Part shown: one piece after another, positions 27,123 through 32,000 of the stretch
Numbering within the stretch: position 1 is the first letter of the stretch
Layout of the letters: each line of letters opens with the position of its first letter
Source of the DNA: Nitrosopumilus maritimus SCM1
GTDB taxonomy: Archaea > Thermoproteota > Nitrososphaeria > Nitrososphaerales > Nitrosopumilaceae
DNA length: 32,000 nucleotides
NCBI RefSeq assembly: GCF_000018465.1
Contig: NC_010085.1
Location: 690,001 to 722,000, forward strand
Direction: 5' to 3'
Made by a program: the position numbers and the translations under genes
Notes under the pieces: model-generated
Seen by the model: the letters and a program-made list of their open reading frames with translations, nothing else
Told to the model about the DNA's origin: nothing
Databases searched by the model: none

Positions 27123-27174
27123 TTGATTCCAATGCTTTGAAAGTTTAATTTAAGTCTAGCCTATCTGTTTTACC

Positions 27175-27591
27175 GTGAAATTCAAAATTGAATTTTCAGG
27201 ACATGAAAATATTAGATCAAATCACCAAAAAACCATAGAGATTACAAAAGAGTCTCATTTGACACCTCAGGGTGATTGTATTGTTGGTGTAAATGCAAAT
27301 CACGCATGCGCGGATTTACCACAAGATCTTAAAGAGAAATTAAAAAACCCTGATTCAAAAATTACATTTTCTATTGATGTGGGAGAACATAATTTCACCA
27401 TTGAAGGAAAGGGTCATCCTGATCTTATTCTTACACATGATGAAGATATCGTGATTCGAAAAAGCGACTTTGTTTGTCCTAGAACTTTGGCTGTTAAATG
27501 TGACAAAGCATCTGATTTGTTACCCCGAGAAATGGTTTCTATGTTACAAGATCCTAAAACTAAAGGCACCTTTACAATTACTGTTGATTAA
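27175..27591 (+). CDS. DUF371-family protein
   Basis: 138 aa; FSGHENIRSNHQKTIEITKESHLTPQGDCIVGVNANHACADLP and FVCPRTLAVKCDKAS match the DUF371 pattern. Confidence 0.85.
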   Translation: MKFKIEFSGHENIRSNHQKTIEITKESHLTPQGDCIVGVNANHACADLPQDLKEKLKNPDSKITFSIDVGEHNFTIEGKGHPDLILTHDEDIVIRKSDFVCPRTLAVKCDKASDLLPREMVSMLQDPKTKGTFTITVD

Positions 27592-27630
27592 AACTGTGAC
27601 AATTTTATAGTGATTAATTGTATTTTGATC

Positions 27631-27750
27631 ATGGGCACGAAAACTAATCTGTTTATTTTAATACCTCTAGCTGCATTTGCTGCAATAATTCTTGGGTCAG
27701 GAATGTATATGACATTGTGCAAAAACGCTCTTGTCCCTCTTCCTTGCTGA
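27631..27750 (+). CDS. small single-TM protein (39 aa)
   Basis: Hand-translated MGTKTNLFILIPLAAFAAIILGSGMYMTLCKNALVPLPC*. Not in the ORF track. Confidence 0.4.
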   Translation: MGTKTNLFILIPLAAFAAIILGSGMYMTLCKNALVPLPC

Positions 27751-27818
27751 ATAATTTCCATCTTTAGTTAATTCTGATTTATCATGATTTTCTTAAGACA
27801 TAACAAATACGATCTTTT

Positions 27819-28160
27819 ATGGCAAAACCGACTGTTGAATTACCTATTTCTAAAAAACCAACAGATGCTGAACTAAAAAAACTCAAAGATTATTTCAAAG
27901 AAATGCCTGTTGATGAAATTCTTACTGGACTCAAATTTGCTAAAAATAGATGGTCTGCCAAAGATGCCGGAACTCTAAAGGTCGGAAGAAAGAGCATTAT
28001 CCAAAAAGAAGTTCATTCTGTTACCACTGAACAAGCTCAATGGAGATTAAAAAACTGGAAGATGATGATTGCAAACTATAGAAGAAGAGGATACAGTTAT
28101 CCTACAATTTCTAGAATAAAGAAAATTCTAGTTCAAAAAAGTAAAAAGAAATCAAAGTGA
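27819..28160 (+). CDS. hypothetical basic protein (113 aa)
   Basis: Complete ORF with a Lys/Arg-rich C-terminus. No family recognised. Confidence 0.65.
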   Translation: MAKPTVELPISKKPTDAELKKLKDYFKEMPVDEILTGLKFAKNRWSAKDAGTLKVGRKSIIQKEVHSVTTEQAQWRLKNWKMMIANYRRRGYSYPTISRIKKILVQKSKKKSK

Positions 28161-28161
28161 T

Positions 28162-28308
28162 TCAAATCATTGGTGTTCTAAAACAAATCTCTCCATACAC
28201 ATTAAGACAATAAGTAAACAACAACACAAATCCAATAATTACTGGAGGTGTAAAAATTAGAAAATACGTCCGTGTTTTCATATTTCTTAACTGATCAAAT
28301 ATTCCCAT
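28162..28308 (-). CDS. small single-TM protein (48 aa, using internal ATG)
   Basis: MGIFDQLRNMKTRTYFLIFTPPVIIGFVLLFTYCLNVYGEICFRTPMI. The start at 28308 avoids overlap with the upstream gene and is preferred over 28356. Confidence 0.5.
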   Translation of the reverse strand: MGIFDQLRNMKTRTYFLIFTPPVIIGFVLLFTYCLNVYGEICFRTPMI

Positions 28309-28316
28309 TTTTGTCA

Positions 28317-28679
28317 CTATTGACCATTGAATTGAAGATTCCATCTCTTTGACCATCTTCTAATCATATAAACTGCAATTGCGTATGTGATTGCACTATG
28401 TACTATTATCAATGAAATTCCCAACTCCGTGTTTTCTCCCAAAAGTGCATATCCCCAATTAAACCCGGTTTCTTCCGAGAAGACTTTTGCTGAATAGATA
28501 GAATCTTCTTCAAACGGATATACTACCATTTGAATTACTGTTGAAATTCCTGCCCATGCAAGCATTATTGCCATATACCATCGAAATCTTTTGACTCTGT
28601 ATGATGCAACAATGTCTGCTATTGGAATAAAACAGAAAATTGTTTGCCATGTCATACTTACAGGTCCTTTGGCTGGCAT
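28317..28679 (-). CDS. small multi-TM hypothetical protein
   Basis: 120 aa with hydrophobic helices. No family recognised. Confidence 0.6.
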   Translation of the reverse strand: MPAKGPVSMTWQTIFCFIPIADIVASYRVKRFRWYMAIMLAWAGISTVIQMVVYPFEEDSIYSAKVFSEETGFNWGYALLGENTELGISLIIVHSAITYAIAVYMIRRWSKRWNLQFNGQ

Positions 28680-28760
28680 GAATTTTTGAAATTATGATTG
28701 CTATTTAGCTTTACGAAAGAATTGTTTGTACAAAAAGAAAAGAAAAAGTGGAAATGATTC

Positions 28761-30380
28761 CTACTCGACGTTTATTTCGCCTTGCATCCATGGATGCAAT
28801 TGACAATAGTAGTAGTATTCTCCTTTGGCATTAAATGTGTAAGACCATTCATCGCCACCAGACATGAAACCACTATCAAATAATCCGTCTTCATCATTAG
28901 GTGTTGGTGTTTCTGCCCCTGTGGAACTAACTGAAGTTACTGTGTGTGGTAATGTGTCGGAATTAACCCATGTTACAGTGTCTCCTAGATGAACATGTAG
29001 ATTAGCTGACATGTAACACCAATCATCTACCTCACATCCTGGTACTCCAGAACCTTTTGGTATGTCAACATGATTTGGTGGTAATTCTTTCATTACTGGA
29101 ATACCACTGTCAGACATTGCAGCTACTGCAGCAAGTTCTGCATCTTCAATCACTTCATGAATTTCGTGTAAAACATGTTCTGCTGAATCATTGCCTGAAT
29201 TGTAGACATTGATTTGATTTCCAACATCTTCTACAAGTTCTGATGAAATGTAAAGTGATGTCAAACCACTGTGAACTGCAATCACTCCTGCTATAGTGTC
29301 TTCAGCAGATAGTTCATTCAATTCAAATTTGTGAAGATATTCATCAAGTGCTCCTATGAACTCAGGATTGACATTTTGTGGTTCCGCTGTCAAGTGAACT
29401 GACTCAACTGCATCTGCTCCTGATAGTTTACCTGAATCGATGTGACCAATGATTACATCTACTCCTTCAATAAGATCAGATGTGATGTATAGTCCAACAA
29501 AACCATCATGTACTTCTTTGATTCCATCAATAGCTTCATCAGCTGAAATCTTGCCCTTCTCGAACATGTGAATGACTTCGTCCAATGCACCTTGATACTC
29601 AGGATTGACATTTTGTGGTTCAGCTGTCAAGTGAACTGACTCAACTGCATCTGCTCCTGATAGTTTACCTGAATCGATGTGACCAATGATTACATCTACT
29701 CCTTCAATAAGATCAGATGTGATGTATAGTCCAACAAAACCATCATGTACTTCTTTGATTCCATCAATAGCTTCATCAGCTGAAATCTTGCCCTTCTCGA
29801 ACATGTGAATGACTTCGTCCAATGCACCTTGATACTCAGGATTGACATTTTGTGGTTCAGCTGTCAAGTGAACTGACTCAACTGCATCTGCAGTATTCAA
29901 AGAACCATTGTCATGTAGAGCAAGTTTTTCTCCTACACCGTCAATGATGTCATTTGAGATTTTAGCATCAACATATGCATCATGTACTTCTTTGATTCCA
30001 TCAATAGCTTCATCAGCTGAAATCTTGCCCTTCTCGAACATGTGAATGACTTCGTCTAACTGTGCTGGAAACTCTTCATCTGCATTATTTGCAGAAGGTA
30101 CAATCTTACTTACCTCATGTTCATCATGATCATCTGAATGAGTTTTTTCTGAAACAACTGAAGGATTCAAAAATGTTTTGAACCAATTTGTTTGATATGC
30201 TTCTTTTCCACCTGGATAATCTGAACATAACACCAATCCACAAATGTCGGTACTAGAACCATATTGTGATGTTCCTACGCCTTTTCCTTTTAGAGCTTCA
30301 GCATTTGGAATAACATTTGTTCCAACTATACCAACAATCATGATTGCTGTTATGAAAACAACCATACTTGTTTTAGACAT
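28761..30380 (-). CDS. secreted tandem-repeat protein with C-terminal cupredoxin (plastocyanin-like) domain
   Basis: N-terminal signal-like segment; four units of about 79 aa; C-terminal copper motif HLGDTVTWVNSDTLPHTVTS...YYYYCQLHPWMQGEI. Confidence 0.92.
   Translation of the reverse strand: MSKTSMVVFITAIMIVGIVGTNVIPNAEALKGKGVGTSQYGSSTDICGLVLCSDYPGGKEAYQTNWFKTFLNPSVVSEKTHSDDHDEHEVSKIVPSANNADEEFPAQLDEVIHMFEKGKISADEAIDGIKEVHDAYVDAKISNDIIDGVGEKLALHDNGSLNTADAVESVHLTAEPQNVNPEYQGALDEVIHMFEKGKISADEAIDGIKEVHDGFVGLYITSDLIEGVDVIIGHIDSGKLSGADAVESVHLTAEPQNVNPEYQGALDEVIHMFEKGKISADEAIDGIKEVHDGFVGLYITSDLIEGVDVIIGHIDSGKLSGADAVESVHLTAEPQNVNPEFIGALDEYLHKFELNELSAEDTIAGVIAVHSGLTSLYISSELVEDVGNQINVYNSGNDSAEHVLHEIHEVIEDAELAAVAAMSDSGIPVMKELPPNHVDIPKGSGVPGCEVDDWCYMSANLHVHLGDTVTWVNSDTLPHTVTSVSSTGAETPTPNDEDGLFDSGFMSGGDEWSYTFNAKGEYYYYCQLHPWMQGEINVE
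29361..29834 (-). repeat. two adjacent near-identical 237-bp tandem repeats (in frame, 79 aa)
   Basis: Units 29361-29597 and 29598-29834 differ by eye at a single base (gttcCgctg vs gttcAgctg). Divergent copies flank on both sides. Confidence 0.93.
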
Positions 30381-30466
30381 GAATGGTACAAATGATAAAG
30401 TGTACTTAATCTTGTGTCTATTTCTGAATCTTTATTCTAATAATGTAGAATCAAAAAATTTTCTGT

Positions 30467-31117
30467 TTAGATGAAAATGTCTGTTTTCTTCTCAACAATT
30501 TGTTGTTTGAGAGAATCTGGAACGTCTGGAATTGATGCTTTTGTTTGACCAGCAATAACTCCTTGTGCTTCTTCTAAGATTGCCAATGTATCTGCGTTGG
30601 TTTCTGGACCGACGCTCATTGAATCTCCTAAGTCTACTGATGAGCCTGACATTACATCTCCAAGTACTGATGACAAGTCTTGCATTGACGCATTTGCCTC
30701 TGGCATGATTCCATTAAGTGATGGAGCTAATCCCTTGATTATTGACATACATGGACTGAGTGTGACTACTACATCTCCTAGTTCTGATACTGTATCTAGT
30801 CTAAGTTTGACTTGCTCCATTGAAAGTTTGGCACCACTTACCATGTTTTTCATCTTTCTTACTTGGGCTAATTCATTTGCGTATGCTTGAGCATAGGCAT
30901 TTTTGTTACTTTTATGAGCACTGACTATTTTTTCAAAAATTTGATCATGTTTTACTCGTAATTTTTCATTAATTCCTTCTAATTTTGTTATTTGAAATTG
31001 TAATTTTTTTTGTGCAAAGTCGATTTTGTTCTTTAGTGGCTCATCAGGCTTTACTTTTCCCATGACTTTTTGGGAAATACTTTCTCCCCCTGTGTTGTTC
31101 CAAGAGTTACTTAGCAT
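30467..31117 (-). CDS. ESCRT-III/Snf7-like protein (CdvB family paralog)
   Basis: 216 aa; basic coiled-coil N-terminus (PLKNKIDFAQKKLQFQITKLEGINEKLRVKHDQIFEKIVSAHKSNKNAYAQAYANELAQVRKM) followed by an acidic C-terminal half. Confidence 0.85.
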   Translation of the reverse strand: MLSNSWNNTGGESISQKVMGKVKPDEPLKNKIDFAQKKLQFQITKLEGINEKLRVKHDQIFEKIVSAHKSNKNAYAQAYANELAQVRKMKNMVSGAKLSMEQVKLRLDTVSELGDVVVTLSPCMSIIKGLAPSLNGIMPEANASMQDLSSVLGDVMSGSSVDLGDSMSVGPETNADTLAILEEAQGVIAGQTKASIPDVPDSLKQQIVEKKTDIFI

Positions 31118-31208
31118 GTCTGATTCTCGATATTGGTCAAAAATTTTGTTTTAAAGAGATTTGTCACCCTAGCTAGTGTAACTGGAGTGACAGATAGTTG
31201 TAGTTACA

Positions 31209-32000
31209 CTACCCAAAGGTAAATGTGAATATCTGGAATCCCTTACCCTTGACTTTTAACTCCAATACATGGGATGCACTCTCTTCATTGGTAATGATGT
31301 TGTATAGTCCTGGTTCAGAAACACTTAGAGTATTTCCAGATATAATGTCATTGCCAGAGTATTGCACTGGTAATGCTTCTCCATCAAGATAAATCTCTAG
31401 TTCTGCATTATTTGCAGTCACAATGTTTACCTCTTTTGCATTATACAACAATTTAATTTCTCCTTCCTCAGAAATCAATTCCATACTGTCTTCATGGTTT
31501 TTCCATGTTCCAATTGGGTAGAATTTGTGTAATTCTATTTTATCTGACTCTTCATACACAACTGTTTTTTCTGGCTGGAATCCTTCTTCACTACCTAATT
31601 GATTTCTGTTTTGTGCAAAGTAATATCCAAAGTATAACTCTGGTGTTCTAAACAATGTATGTTCAAACTCTTCAATGTCAACTAATGATAAAGCAGATGC
31701 CATTTGAATTCCTAATGAATCAGATCTTTCTTTGATTAATTGTTGAATAATTTTTTCAGTTTCTTGATATCCTCCTTCTCCTATGTGATCATATCTAATG
31801 TAACCTTCATGATCTGCAATGTATTTTCTTGGCCAGTATCTGTTTTCAAACGCTTTCCAAGTTTCCATATCGTTATCCATTACAACTGGATAGTTGATTC
31901 CGTGTTTTTCAATTGACATTTGTACATTTTCAGGGACTTTTTCAAATTCAAATTCTGGAGAATGTACTCCAACAATTAACAATCCTTGATCAGAATATTT
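31209..32000 (-). CDS. thioredoxin-like/TlpA-DipZ-type redoxin, N-terminus outside window
   Basis: Reading frame stays open to the window edge (…KYSDQGLLIVGVHSPEFEFEKVPENVQMSIEKHGINYPVVMDNDMETWKAFENRYWPRKYIADHEGYIRYDHIGEG) and is typical of TlpA/DipZ C-terminal halves. Confidence 0.8.
   Translation of the reverse strand, partial: KYSDQGLLIVGVHSPEFEFEKVPENVQMSIEKHGINYPVVMDNDMETWKAFENRYWPRKYIADHEGYIRYDHIGEGGYQETEKIIQQLIKERSDSLGIQMASALSLVDIEEFEHTLFRTPELYFGYYFAQNRNQLGSEEGFQPEKTVVYEESDKIELHKFYPIGTWKNHEDSMELISEEGEIKLLYNAKEVNIVTANNAELEIYLDGEALPVQYSGNDIISGNTLSVSEPGLYNIITNEESASHVLELKVKGKGFQIFTFTFG

Noticed and set aside
29361-29834. Possible CRISPR or other interspersed repeat array.
   Set aside because: The repeats are 237 bp, in frame, contiguous without spacers and encode a protein domain.
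1-32000. Defence, secretion-effector or biosynthetic gene-cluster system.
   Set aside because: No signature proteins (Cas, restriction enzymes, retrons, Argonaute, NRPS or PKS, transposases). Tat translocase and purine genes are housekeeping.

Overview
The window looks like a stretch of an AT-rich thaumarchaeal (Nitrosopumilus-like) chromosome. I infer this from gene content and protein character; no database search was run. From left to right it holds: (1) a structured, unannotated intergenic RNA candidate, convergent with purP; (2) ubiX-like, START-like and tatA/tatC genes; (3) a purine biosynthesis cluster (purS, purQ, purL, purF, purC) with an antisense CBS-domain gene; (4) an accessory-like region at about 11.7-17.2 kb, with a winged-helix regulator, an extremely Lys/Ala-rich H1-like protein, small membrane or secreted proteins, tRNA-Asn, and a family of TTCGAA-centred palindromes that includes a perfect 30-nt one; (5) a long minus-strand ribosomal protein cluster (L6, S8, S14, L5, S4e, L24, L14, S17, Rpp29, L29, S3, L22, S19, L23, L4, L3), in which L2 is absent between L23 and S19; (6) a SPOUT-like protein, proteasome alpha, a DUF371-like protein and small proteins; (7) a secreted cupredoxin with near-identical 237-bp tandem repeats, an ESCRT-III/CdvB-like protein, and a thioredoxin-like protein cut by the window edge. 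Six short genes missing from the ORF track were recovered by hand, including rps14. I found no CRISPR array, transposase, or recognisable defence or secondary-metabolite system. The strongest leads are the palindrome family, the structured RNA candidate and the repeat-bearing cupredoxin.
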